A stretch of 64,000 bases of DNA from Candidatus Krumholzibacteriia bacterium (lineage in GTDB: Bacteria > Krumholzibacteriota > Krumholzibacteriia > WVZY01 > JAKEHA01), in the NCBI GenBank assembly GCA_029865265.1, contig JAOUHG010000002.1:98357-162356 (forward strand), written 5' to 3'. A program made the position numbers and the translations under genes. Under the pieces are notes generated by a model. It did no database searches. It saw only the letters and a list, made by a program, of their open reading frames with translations, and was not told where the DNA came from. Below, in pieces: positions 30,901-42,646 of this stretch (position 1 is the stretch's first letter; each line of letters begins with the position of its first letter).

Positions 30901-32881
30901 CGTCGTCGTCCTTGGAGAGACACACGCGCGCACCGGCCACGGGGCCGCCAGCGTCGGAGACGGTAACCGTGATGGGCGTGGTGCCCAGCCCCAACGCACC
31001 GGTGTAGTTCACGACAAGGGGCTGCACCGGCCTCGTCCACAGCGGCATCTCGGGGTCGGCCAGCATGCAGTAGATGTAGTGCGTCCACAGCTCGCCGTTG
31101 TCACCGGTCTGCGCGACGGGTGTGCGCGGTTCGCGGGAACGCACGAAAGTCTCGCCGATGTTGGTGACACCCTGGTTGAAGAGCAGGTCGTAGTAGTCGT
31201 TCATGTACGGCTGCGAGAGCAGCGGGTAGGCGCTCTCATTGGCCCCCACCACCGACACGGCGCCGCCGTTGGGATTCACCAGGAAGTGCTCGCCGAGACA
31301 GAAATAGGTGAAGGCAACGCCGGTACAATTGAGCAGATACAGGTTGGTGAAGCGGTTGGGATTCACCATCGCGTCCGCATCCGCATTCACGATATTCCCC
31401 GCACCCACCGACATGTTGAAGCGGAAGCCGTGACCGATATGGTTCACGTGGTCGTACCCACTCTCGATGGAGTCGATGGCCGAGACCGCCGTCTCCGGCA
31501 ATGCGCCCGGGTAGGGCTCGTAGTTCTCGTACATGCGTGTGAGTGTGAGCGACGGATCGGTGAAAGCGAGCAGCTTGAGGAATTCGGCGATGCCGGCACC
31601 GTCCTGGGTGACGGCCTGGCCGGAGGTCCAGTCGATCGGGAACAGCACTTCACCCAGCAGGAGCACCTTGCCGGTGTACGACGCATCCAGCGGCGTTTCG
31701 TAGCTGATGACCTTCCCCACCAGCGTTGCCGCCACCACGGACGAGGTCGCCGGCAGCCGCCCCACGTAGACCTCCTGGTAGAGGTCGGTCTGGTCGGTGG
31801 CACCGGGCTCGCCGAACAGCGCGTCGTGGTCCGCGTTCCAGTCGCCGTCCAGACAGCCGAAGTACATGTCAACCGGGATCGCCTTGGCGCCGAAGAACGT
31901 GGTGGCGCCCAGGCGGGCCGGCACCTGGTCGGTGTCGCCGCCCAGCAGCAGGTACTTGATGCCCCAGTATTGATAGGCATCCAGAACGAAGGTGCGAATG
32001 GTCTCCGCGAGATCGACACCGTTGGGGTAGTTGGCCGCAATCCACTCGGTGGTGCGAATCACGGTGGGAATTCCCTTCGCCGTCTTCCAGTCCGCCAGCA
32101 CCTGGAACTCGTCCGCCAGCGAATCGTTGGTGACGATGACGTAGTCCACCGGGCTTCCCTCCAGCGAGGGGAATGACGTGGGTTTGAATCCGCCACGCCT
32201 GTCCGCGACACGCACCGAGCCAATGGTGTAAGCGCTCATCGCCTCCGGATTCTCGACCAGCGCACCGATGCGCGCGCGGACGTCGGCGTCGCGCTGCTCG
32301 TTGTAGCGCAGACGCGAGACGACATGCATCTCCGGCCCGCCGTTGCCGGTGCGCACCCGCAGTGTCATGTGCTCACTCACCGTGACCGCGCCACCGGCAA
32401 TGCGCACCGGGTAAAGCGCGAAACTGGCGATGGCGTGGCCGTGCAGGTAACCGGTGCCGAGATACACCGCCGACGCCTCCGGGTAGCTGCCGCCGCTCCA
32501 CGTGGTCGCGGCCGGCCCTTCGCCGCGGGAGCCATCGGTGGAAACGGCCTCCGGCACCAGGTACGGGTCGATCGACGTCGCGAGCACCGCGGGCGCGGAT
32601 GCATCGCAGGTGAAGCCGTCGACGGTCGCACCCGGCGGGAGCAGGAGGCTGACGATGCGGACCGGTACCTGCGGGAGACCCACATCGCTGGTGGAGGCGT
32701 AGCGTTCGTCGTCGATATGCGCGAGATCGCCGCTGGCGAGATGCCGGATGGAGACTTCGGCCGCGCGAAGTTCGAGCGTATACACAATCTCCGCAGCCCG
32801 TGTGCCGGCGGGCCCGCACAGGGCAGCGATCATTACTACAATGAAGAAGACCGGACGCAGGCGAAGCGGGAAGGAGTCCAC
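27923..32881 (-). CDS. Gingipain-like C25 cysteine peptidase (copy 3, 1652 aa)
   Basis: Probable GTG start 32881 after GGAGG, giving the signal peptide MDSFPLRLRPVFFIVVMIAALCGPAGTRA; HIGHG and LLNC; FG-GAP repeats; CTD. Confidence 0.9.
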   Translation of the reverse strand: MDSFPLRLRPVFFIVVMIAALCGPAGTRAAEIVYTLELRAAEVSIRHLASGDLAHIDDERYASTSDVGLPQVPVRIVSLLLPPGATVDGFTCDASAPAVLATSIDPYLVPEAVSTDGSRGEGPAATTWSGGSYPEASAVYLGTGYLHGHAIASFALYPVRIAGGAVTVSEHMTLRVRTGNGGPEMHVVSRLRYNEQRDADVRARIGALVENPEAMSAYTIGSVRVADRRGGFKPTSFPSLEGSPVDYVIVTNDSLADEFQVLADWKTAKGIPTVIRTTEWIAANYPNGVDLAETIRTFVLDAYQYWGIKYLLLGGDTDQVPARLGATTFFGAKAIPVDMYFGCLDGDWNADHDALFGEPGATDQTDLYQEVYVGRLPATSSVVAATLVGKVISYETPLDASYTGKVLLLGEVLFPIDWTSGQAVTQDGAGIAEFLKLLAFTDPSLTLTRMYENYEPYPGALPETAVSAIDSIESGYDHVNHIGHGFRFNMSVGAGNIVNADADAMVNPNRFTNLYLLNCTGVAFTYFCLGEHFLVNPNGGAVSVVGANESAYPLLSQPYMNDYYDLLFNQGVTNIGETFVRSREPRTPVAQTGDNGELWTHYIYCMLADPEMPLWTRPVQPLVVNYTGALGLGTTPITVTVSDAGGPVAGARVCLSKDDDDYEVGLTDGAGSVTLTMTAESAGNVSVVASAPNRATHVGAIPVSPGAGAYVSFAGCEVGDDSTATTSGNGDGVIGAGEVLELTASVRNTGLSAAQNVTLALRTSYVGFVVEDSLAAVGIVPAGGTVAATDPFRIRIDPSLPDELPVLFTLEVRDNGVPLWTDRFTRLVHTPRLEFVVLRVDDSASGNGDGVVDAGEDFRLYYDVKNFGTGAAHGLTARLTDLGGAFVFTDSVDTYPELPSIGEAENTNGFLLRENSVAVPHTLKLEVADAYGQVWTKLFELRAPVPPLTLKFDPSLGADRLKISWDASASADAVGYRVLSSPFPGGPYSVMTPDPVHHTTFLSGGLQPTTRYYMRVTTIDASGNESAPSPEFSGSTNPKQAEGWPIAMAVETVCSPVVGDIDGDNDFEIIQGNNKLYAWHHNGVEVRDADLNAQTWGLFSTLGSNYVAHVGLADMDAVPGMEILAASRDTKQVIVFSYTGNPIAGWPQTVLNPIRAAVVAGDINNDGQKEVIALDEKGVLYVWNPDGSEWRNGDNNPATNGVFRTFGGCVYQYTCPAIADIDGDNVNEIVVGTQGDSLYVLNADGSVVPGWPKGFSTDISGSPAVGDIDNDGDLEIVVCEWGGLVWALHHDGTILWNTWFQNQLAFGPSPALGDLDGDGRLEVVLPSKNRNLYAIRWNGSSLPGWPVAYATQLYTESSPVIADIDNDGSLDVLLGDENKYLNAWDASGQLMPGFPLALSDAVRATPLIADVDKDGDTDLVAAGWDKSVYVWDFPSMFNPLKAPWARYHANLFNDGNVATPLPTPVGGASFRYAALGGGMELVWTVPLSASGGLFNVSRAELKDGEPGPYRRVASAVGLSMDGEVRVVDRGVEMGSRYVYRLEGEGGVVNETLAVLVPVTIAKLGQNYPNPFNPVTTIEYWVPGGSRNRVSLVIYDVRGARVRTLVDREKAAGRYAAQWDGRNDAGAPVSSGVYFYRMVAGGFENTRRMVLLK
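27971..28498. repeat. Dispersed ~530-nt repeat, copy 3
   Basis: Offset +10270 from copy 1; near-identical core. Confidence 0.92.
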
Positions 32882-33083
32882 GAACCCTCCGTGTTGCTTA
32901 ATCACTGCCGCGCCATGGCGCGGCGATGTCACCGGACGGCTCCGCGCAAACGCTGGAACCGGCACGGGGGACGTTGCGCAATTGATAGACGTATGCGGTG
33001 GGACGATGCGCGCGAGGGGGCTGCGAACACCGACGTGGCACGATCCGCTGGATCCGGCCCGACACACCACCGGGTGGTGACCA

Positions 33084-33113
33084 AGTATAGCAGCAGCGGG
33101 TGTGGGGCGTCAA
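33084..33113 (-). promoter_or_regulatory. Putative sigma70 promoter of C25 copy 3
   Basis: TTGACG-N18-TATACT with a TGn extension; about 195-nt leader. Confidence 0.65.
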
Positions 33114-33138
33114 TCCGGGCCGCCGGGCCGGGGACTGC

Positions 33139-34917
33139 TCAGCGGCGGAGGAAGAGGCGGTTGTCGAAACCGCGCGGGATGTTGTAGAGGCACCGGATCA
33201 CCGCAATCTCGTCTTCGCTGAACTGGTTCACCTGCGGGGCAACCCCGCCCACCATGAGGTGCGTGTACGACGAGCTGTGGTTGAGTCCCAGCGCGTGGCC
33301 AAGTTCGTGGCGGATGGTCCGCTCCAGGACGTGGGCGGTGGCGGGCGTGTAGACGGTCCGAAACTCGATTAGAGCCAGGTACGGATACCAGTCGCTGGTC
33401 CACTCCTTCACCCCGTAGTTGTCCTGGAAGAGCCCGTCGAGGTAGATGGTCTCCACACCGGTGCCGGTCCGGTTCGTCGAGACGTTGAAGACCTGCGTCC
33501 CCAGGATGGCATCGAACTCGGCGGCGACCCGTTCGACGGTCTCCTTGTAGTCCAACCCGTCCTTCTCGTAGGCGCGGACGTACAGATCGATGGGGAGCTC
33601 CCAGCGCCGCTGCTTCGTGCCGAAGGGATTCCCCGCGACATCGGTCATGGAGCGGAAGAACTGGAGGAAGTCCGCGTAGTTGGCCGTGCCCAGGGCGCGG
33701 TTTGGTATCACGTACAGGGGCGTCACCGCCAGGTGTGTCACCACGTAGGGCAGCGAAAGATCGAAGTACTCCCCGACACCGGTCGGCGGGGTGTCACCCG
33801 CGTTGAGCAGATCGTCGATGGGAGGAAGTTCGCTGAGCGTCCACGAACCGTCCGGCGCGGTGCCGGTGGTAAACAGCCCGATACGTACCACGGCCCCCTC
33901 CACCGGCAGTCCGGTTTCGGTGTTGACGACCGACCCGCTCACGCGCATGCCGCGCGTTACCGCCACCGGGCTGTCACCAAGCGGTGAAATATTGCCGAAG
34001 TCGTCGATCGCACGCACGGCGAGGTAGGTGGTGCGCGCGGGAAGCAGCCCCCCCACCATCATGGACATCGGCGTCCCGGGCTGCGCCGGCGCCGGAACGC
34101 CGGGCCGCTGGCTGCCCCGGGTCCAGTCACCCTCGGTGAGAATCGGGTTGGGCGCGGTGCGTACCTGGTACTCGGAGGGAACCCCCAGCATGCCATCGCG
34201 CCCCACCGCCGTCCACGCCACGTACACCTCGCCGGGCTCGTTGCCGGTGCCGGACCCGGTGATCTCCACGCGCGCCGGTGCGATGGTGTCGGGAATGGTG
34301 GTGACGCGGAGGTTCCACTCGTGACTCGCGTACAATTCGCCGTCGGTCACGGTGGCACGCACGAGCTTCGAGCCGATCGAGGATGCAAGATACGAGAACT
34401 GGCGGGTATCGGACACCAGCGAGTCGTTGACCGTGAACGTGTACGCCAGTTCGTCCTCATCGGGATCGCTCGCCACGATGGCAAAGGACATGGAATTGCC
34501 GATGATCAGCGTCGGGCTGGGTTCGATGGGCTGGATCGCCCCGATCGCCGGCGGGTAATTGATGGGCTGGTGGCGCTCGACGGTCCACTCGATGTAGGAG
34601 ACAAACTCACCGTCGCTCACCGAACCGCGCACGGTCACGCAACCGGTGTCCAGCACCGCGTAGAACCACGGGGCCCCCACCCCTGCCATGCCGCCGTCCA
34701 CGGTGAAGGCCGTGGTCACCGCGTCCCGGTCCGGGTCGGTGGCGCGAACCGAGAACCGCAGGGTGTCACCCACGAAGGCGCTCAGGTGCCGATCGGTGGG
34801 CGCATAGGAATTCACCACCGGCGGGCGGCCGAACCGGGTCGGATCCTCCGAGCCGCAGCCCGCGACGGTCGCGGCGAGCATGGCGGTAAGAAAAAGAGAT
34901 CGGCGGGTGATTGACAT
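33139..34917 (-). CDS. Lipoprotein with Ig-like/FN3 domains and a C-terminal metzincin (matrixin-like) zinc peptidase domain
   Basis: MSITRRSLFLTAMLAATVAG-C (lipobox, RR pair); HELGHALGLNH = HExxHxxGxxH, followed by Met-turn-like HLMVG. Confidence 0.85.
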   Translation of the reverse strand: MSITRRSLFLTAMLAATVAGCGSEDPTRFGRPPVVNSYAPTDRHLSAFVGDTLRFSVRATDPDRDAVTTAFTVDGGMAGVGAPWFYAVLDTGCVTVRGSVSDGEFVSYIEWTVERHQPINYPPAIGAIQPIEPSPTLIIGNSMSFAIVASDPDEDELAYTFTVNDSLVSDTRQFSYLASSIGSKLVRATVTDGELYASHEWNLRVTTIPDTIAPARVEITGSGTGNEPGEVYVAWTAVGRDGMLGVPSEYQVRTAPNPILTEGDWTRGSQRPGVPAPAQPGTPMSMMVGGLLPARTTYLAVRAIDDFGNISPLGDSPVAVTRGMRVSGSVVNTETGLPVEGAVVRIGLFTTGTAPDGSWTLSELPPIDDLLNAGDTPPTGVGEYFDLSLPYVVTHLAVTPLYVIPNRALGTANYADFLQFFRSMTDVAGNPFGTKQRRWELPIDLYVRAYEKDGLDYKETVERVAAEFDAILGTQVFNVSTNRTGTGVETIYLDGLFQDNYGVKEWTSDWYPYLALIEFRTVYTPATAHVLERTIRHELGHALGLNHSSSYTHLMVGGVAPQVNQFSEDEIAVIRCLYNIPRGFDNRLFLRR

Positions 34918-35026
34918 CCTGTCCGGCGGGAGGGGTCCAGGCCCGCCGGTCACCCATCAATATACGCCCCGGGCGGGCGCGGAACAAGCGCCACGATCCG
35001 GGGTTGCGGGCCGACGGGCGTATGCG

Positions 35027-35452
35027 CTACCGGAAGGCCACCGCGGCCACCAGGACACCGAACAGGAAGCCCCCGAAGACCTCGTTCCAGGTGTGCCCCA
35101 CCAGCTCCTTGAGGCGCTTGCGGTCCAGGTGGTGGGTCTGGCGCAGCTCGTCGGCCAGCTCGTTCAGCAGGCGCGCCTGCTTGCCGACCTCCTGGCGCAA
35201 TCCGGCCGCCTCGAAGACGAAATAGAGGCTGAAGAGGAAGGTAATGGCGAAGAGTGGCGACGAAATACCCGCGTAGCGGCCCACCCCGATGGTAAGGGCC
35301 GTCACCAGGGCGGTGTGGGAGGACGGCATGCCGCCGTTGTCGAAAAAGCGCAGGAAATTCAGCCGACCGGTCCGCAGCATCTCGATCACCACCTTCAACA
35401 GCTGGGCGGTGAGTCCGGCAATCAGGGCGGCGATCGCAATACGGTGGATCAT
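35027..35452 (-). CDS. Divergent PAP2 family protein (DUF212)
   Basis: GGMPSSH, AAGLRQEVGKQA, LKELVGHT..EVFGG. Confidence 0.92.
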   Translation of the reverse strand: MIHRIAIAALIAGLTAQLLKVVIEMLRTGRLNFLRFFDNGGMPSSHTALVTALTIGVGRYAGISSPLFAITFLFSLYFVFEAAGLRQEVGKQARLLNELADELRQTHHLDRKRLKELVGHTWNEVFGGFLFGVLVAAVAFR

Positions 35453-35494
35453 GAGGGGGGGCTGCTTTCGGTGCGGACTCGATGCCCGCGTTCG

Positions 35495-35523
35495 TTGACG
35501 GGGAATTCGGGCTTTTATATGCT
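35495..35523 (+). promoter_or_regulatory. Sigma70 promoter of the thiolase-like gene, probably leaderless
   Basis: TTGACG-N17-TATGCT, 6 nt before GTG 35530. Confidence 0.65.
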
Positions 35524-35529
35524 GAAAGC

Positions 35530-36663
35530 GTGAGCGAAATCAAGATCAAAACGGCGGCCATGACGCGCATCGGCCGTCACGATGGTGACTTTCGCTCGCT
35601 CCTTGCCCGGGCGGCCGCGCTGGCGCTCGACGGAATCGACCCCGGCCGCATCCGGGCGGTCTTTTTTTCGTCCTTCGCACCCACGGAGTTGTGCGCCATC
35701 GCCGATCCCGCCGGCCTCGCCGGCGAGGTGCTGCGTGCGGTGGCACCGGGCCTTCGTGCCCCCGTTCTCGGTCCGTTCCTCACCGGCGCGGAGGCGATCC
35801 ATCGCGCGCTCCAGAGCGCGGATCGAACGCCGGGGGACGTCCTGCTGGTGGGGTGCGAGAAGATGACTCACCTCGACGCCGGCGCGGCCGCGGGAATGCT
35901 GGCCCCGCGCGTGTCCGACGCGGTCGAGCAGCGTCACGGCGCCACGCTTCCTGCGCTGGCGGCCCTCGCCACCAGCACCTACCACACCGCGCACCGCGTG
36001 CCGCAACGCGCATTCGACGAAGTTGCCATCAAGAATCACCGTCACGGTGCGTTGAATCCGCTGGCCCACTTCCGCAAACCGATTACCGCGCAGGATGTGC
36101 GGCGCAGTCCGGTGGTGGCCGATCCCCTGCGCCGTCACCACTGCGCGCCGATGTCCGACGGGGCGGCCGCGTGCGTTCTTTCGAGTGACGAAGGGGCGGT
36201 GCGCCTCACCGGATGGGGTGCGGCCATGGACACGCCGCGCTTTCACGAACGCCTGCGGCCGGGCGAGTTCCACGCCGCGGCGAGAGCCGCGCGCGCGGCG
36301 TTCGCCATGGCCGGACGGACGCCCCGCGACGTGCAGGTGGTTGAAATCCACGACGCCTTCGCCCCCTTTGAACTGATGAACCTCGAGGCGATGGGTTTCT
36401 TTGCGCTCGGCGATGCGTGGCGCGCCCTCGCGCGCGACGAGTTGTCGGTCGGAGGCCGGCTGGCGGTGAATCCGTCTGGCGGCATGAAGGCGCGCGGACA
36501 TCCTATCGGTGTGTGTGGACTGACGTCCCTGGTGGAGATCCACCAGCAGCTGACCGGCACGGCCGGCGAGCGGCAACAGGCCGGTGCGCGCATGGCCGCC
36601 ATCCAGAGCGCCGGTGGTGTGTCACGCGACTGCTACGTGTTCACGGCCGAGGCAGCTTCATGA
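35530..36663 (+). CDS. Thiolase-superfamily protein (SCP2/archaeal-like) apparently lacking the nucleophilic Cys
   Basis: VGCEKM, KNHRHGALNPLAHF, CAPMSDGAAA, EIHDAF, VNPSGG..ARGHPIG; start GTG 35530 (or ATG 35560). Confidence 0.88.
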   Translation: MSEIKIKTAAMTRIGRHDGDFRSLLARAAALALDGIDPGRIRAVFFSSFAPTELCAIADPAGLAGEVLRAVAPGLRAPVLGPFLTGAEAIHRALQSADRTPGDVLLVGCEKMTHLDAGAAAGMLAPRVSDAVEQRHGATLPALAALATSTYHTAHRVPQRAFDEVAIKNHRHGALNPLAHFRKPITAQDVRRSPVVADPLRRHHCAPMSDGAAACVLSSDEGAVRLTGWGAAMDTPRFHERLRPGEFHAAARAARAAFAMAGRTPRDVQVVEIHDAFAPFELMNLEAMGFFALGDAWRALARDELSVGGRLAVNPSGGMKARGHPIGVCGLTSLVEIHQQLTGTAGERQQAGARMAAIQSAGGVSRDCYVFTAEAAS

Positions 36664-37031
36664 ACGGCCCATCGCACCCGCGCCTCGTCGCGTGGCGCTG
36701 CCCGCGCGGTCACGTGCAGCTGCACGGCGCGCCGGCCTGCCCGGCCTGTGGAGAACGTCTGCGGCCGGCGCGCCTCTCGCCCGACGCGCGCCTCATCGCC
36801 ACCACCACGGTGCGCGTCAACCCGCAAGGACGGCCGTTCGTGCTGGGAATTGCCGTCACACGCTGCGGCCGCGCGCGTACGCTGTGCGTCGTAAGGACGA
36901 GGATTCGCGGCAATGGCCGCGACGCGGTGCGACTGTGTAACGAGGACGGCGTGGTGGTGGCGCGCGCGGCGCGCGTCAAGGCCCGCAGTCCGGGGCAATC
37001 CGCCAGGCGTGGAGGTTCACGAAGAAACTGA
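36660..37031 (+). CDS. Zn-ribbon/OB-fold DUF35-like partner of the thiolase
   Basis: ATGA overlap with the thiolase stop; CPRGH...CPACG zinc ribbon, then TTVRV..PFVLGIAV. Confidence 0.75.
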   Translation: MNGPSHPRLVAWRCPRGHVQLHGAPACPACGERLRPARLSPDARLIATTTVRVNPQGRPFVLGIAVTRCGRARTLCVVRTRIRGNGRDAVRLCNEDGVVVARAARVKARSPGQSARRGGSRRN

Positions 37032-38586
37032 TCGCGCTGGGTTTCACGTTGCAGAAACGATTGGAAACCGCGGTGATTTCCTGCGGGACCGCGATGAACG
37101 TGTAGGGCTGATCCTCGTACACCAGCCGCTGCACCTCGTCCCACAGGTGCTTTGCTCCCGCCATGTCGGGCACGGCGCGTGCCGCCTCGATGAGCCGGTC
37201 CACCTCCGGATTCGCGTAGGCGCCGAAGTTGAACCCCTGCGGACGCTTCGACCGGGAGTGGAACATGCTCGTCAGATCCACCCTGGTCTGCACCTTCCAC
37301 TCCACGAATGCCCCGTCGAAGTCCGCCGCCAGAACGCGATCCTGGTAGGCTCCGAATTCCATGACGCGCAGGTTCACCTTCACGCCGATGCGTTTGAGCT
37401 GCGCCTGCACGATGGTCACCACGTCGACGCGGTTCTGGGCGTCATTCACCACAAGTTCGACCTCCAGCGGCACGCCGTCCCGCTCCAGAACGCCATCGCC
37501 GTTGCCATCGCGGTAGCCGCGCTCCGCGAGCACCGCCCGTGCCCGCGCCGGATCGAACGGGAGCGCCGCGATGTCCGGGTCGTGGGCCCACAGCAGGGGT
37601 ACGATGGGGCTCGTGCACTCCTGTGCGTAGCCGCCCCACACTGTCCGGATCAGCTCCTCCCGATCGATGCCCATGGTGAGCGCGCGCCGCACCTCGCGGT
37701 CGTCGAAAGGAACGCGCGTGGTGTTCCACACGATGAAGCTCATGCGCCGCGACGGCACGGTATGAATGACCGCGTCCGGCCGCCGCTCGCGGATGGACGC
37801 AACGTCCCCGGGCTGCACGGACTCGAGCAGGTCGATTTCGCGCGCCTTCAGCTGCCCCACCAGTGTCACCGCGTCGGGAACGAACTTGAAGATCACACGC
37901 GTGACCGCGGGCGCCGCACCGTGGTAAGCGGGATTCGCCTCCAGCGCGATGTACTGCCCGGATTCCCAGCCCGCCAGGCGGTAGGGGCCGTTGCCGGTCG
38001 GCGCGCGGCCGAAGGGGGCGTTCTTGAGTTCCGCTCGCGGCACGCTGTCCAGCAGGTGGCGGGGCAGGATGACGCCGTCGTTGGCATCCATGACCTGGTA
38101 GAGGTAACGCTCGGTGTAGTGGAACACCACCGTGCGGGCACCGCGCACCTCGACGTCGCGGATCTTCGCCTTGATGCTGGCGCTGGGCCAGGCCACGGTG
38201 GTGTCGGTGTGAACCTGCCAGGTAAAGCGGACGTCCTCCGCGGTAACCGGGGTTCCGTCCGACCAGCGCGCGTCGGCGCGCAGCAGGAAGGTCACCGCGA
38301 GCCCGTCGTTGCTGGTCGACCACGACTCCGCCAGTTGCGGTCCAAAGGACATGAAGTCGTCCTGTTCCTCGAGCAGTTTCAGGAAAACCAGTCCCGCAAT
38401 CTGGTGGCCTTCCGACGCGGTGATGGCAATCGGGTTGAGCGTGCGCGGCTCGGCGCGCGTTCCCACCACCAGGGTGCGCGCATCGAGGCCTGCGTCGCCG
38501 GACGCAGGCCGTGTCGGCGCCGCCAGCACGAGCAAGGCCGTACACAGCACGCCCGGGCAGCGGAGTATGCGGCGAACGATTGTCAT
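36976..38586 (-). CDS. ABC transporter substrate-binding protein, family 5 (peptide/nickel)
   Basis: Start ATG 38586 overlapping the GT2 stop; EPRTLNP, PQLAESW, WSDGTPVTAEDVRFTW, GNGPYRL, PFDDREVRRAL. Confidence 0.92.
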   Translation of the reverse strand: MTIVRRILRCPGVLCTALLVLAAPTRPASGDAGLDARTLVVGTRAEPRTLNPIAITASEGHQIAGLVFLKLLEEQDDFMSFGPQLAESWSTSNDGLAVTFLLRADARWSDGTPVTAEDVRFTWQVHTDTTVAWPSASIKAKIRDVEVRGARTVVFHYTERYLYQVMDANDGVILPRHLLDSVPRAELKNAPFGRAPTGNGPYRLAGWESGQYIALEANPAYHGAAPAVTRVIFKFVPDAVTLVGQLKAREIDLLESVQPGDVASIRERRPDAVIHTVPSRRMSFIVWNTTRVPFDDREVRRALTMGIDREELIRTVWGGYAQECTSPIVPLLWAHDPDIAALPFDPARARAVLAERGYRDGNGDGVLERDGVPLEVELVVNDAQNRVDVVTIVQAQLKRIGVKVNLRVMEFGAYQDRVLAADFDGAFVEWKVQTRVDLTSMFHSRSKRPQGFNFGAYANPEVDRLIEAARAVPDMAGAKHLWDEVQRLVYEDQPYTFIAVPQEITAVSNRFCNVKPSAISFFVNLHAWRIAPDCGP

Positions 38587-39370
38587 CTTGATGCCCGCCC
38601 GTCTTGCGCGGACGGATCCTGCAACGCGCGCGTTTTCACGTATAGAACGGACTTGTACATGGCGGTGGTTGCCGCCAGCAGGTAACCGCGCACACCCGCA
38701 CGCCAGCATCCTTTGAGCACGTAGTAATTGAAGAACACACCGGCGGGTGCGACCAGGGGATCCAGCACCCCGACCCTGCGCCGGCGGGCGCGACCGGGCG
38801 CCTCCAGAGAAGTATACACGCTCATGCGGCGCACACTCTCGGCGATGGTCGGGTGGGTGTAATGGTTCAGGGGCGGATCCAGTTTCGCCACCGGCCCGTT
38901 CACCAGGTAGCCCTCGTGGACGGCGGCGTCGGTGACACGCACCGCGTCGCGCCGCGCCAGTCGCAGCTGCCAGTCGTCCGTCCACGGCCCCCTGTCGACC
39001 CACGCCCCCAGGAACTGGTTGCGGCGATGAACCCGGTAGCCGGCGGCGCCGGTGTTTCCGTCTACGACGCGGCGAATCGCGGTGGCGAGCTCGGCGGTTA
39101 CTTCCTCGTCCGCATCGCACGCGAACACCCAGGCGTGACGCGCCTGCTGCAGGGCGAAACGCCGTTGCGCGGCGAACCCGGGCCACGGGTTGGCGATGAC
39201 GCGCGCGCCGCGCGCCCGTGCCCGCCCGGCGGTATCATCGACCGACCCTCCGTCCACCACCACGATCTCGTCGGCGAAGGAGAGGCTGGCGACGCAACGA
39301 TCGATCTGCGCGCCGGCGTCCTGGGCGATCACCAGCGCGGACACACCGGGAACGGCGCCGGCGACGTGGG

Positions 39371-39374
<4 letters not shown>
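38583..39374 (-). CDS. Glycosyltransferase family 2 (WaaE/KdtX-like)
   Basis: GTG 39374 overlapping the carB stop; [36 protein letters not shown]. Confidence 0.9.
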
Positions 39375-42632
<3,258 letters not shown>

Positions 42633-42646
<14 letters not shown>

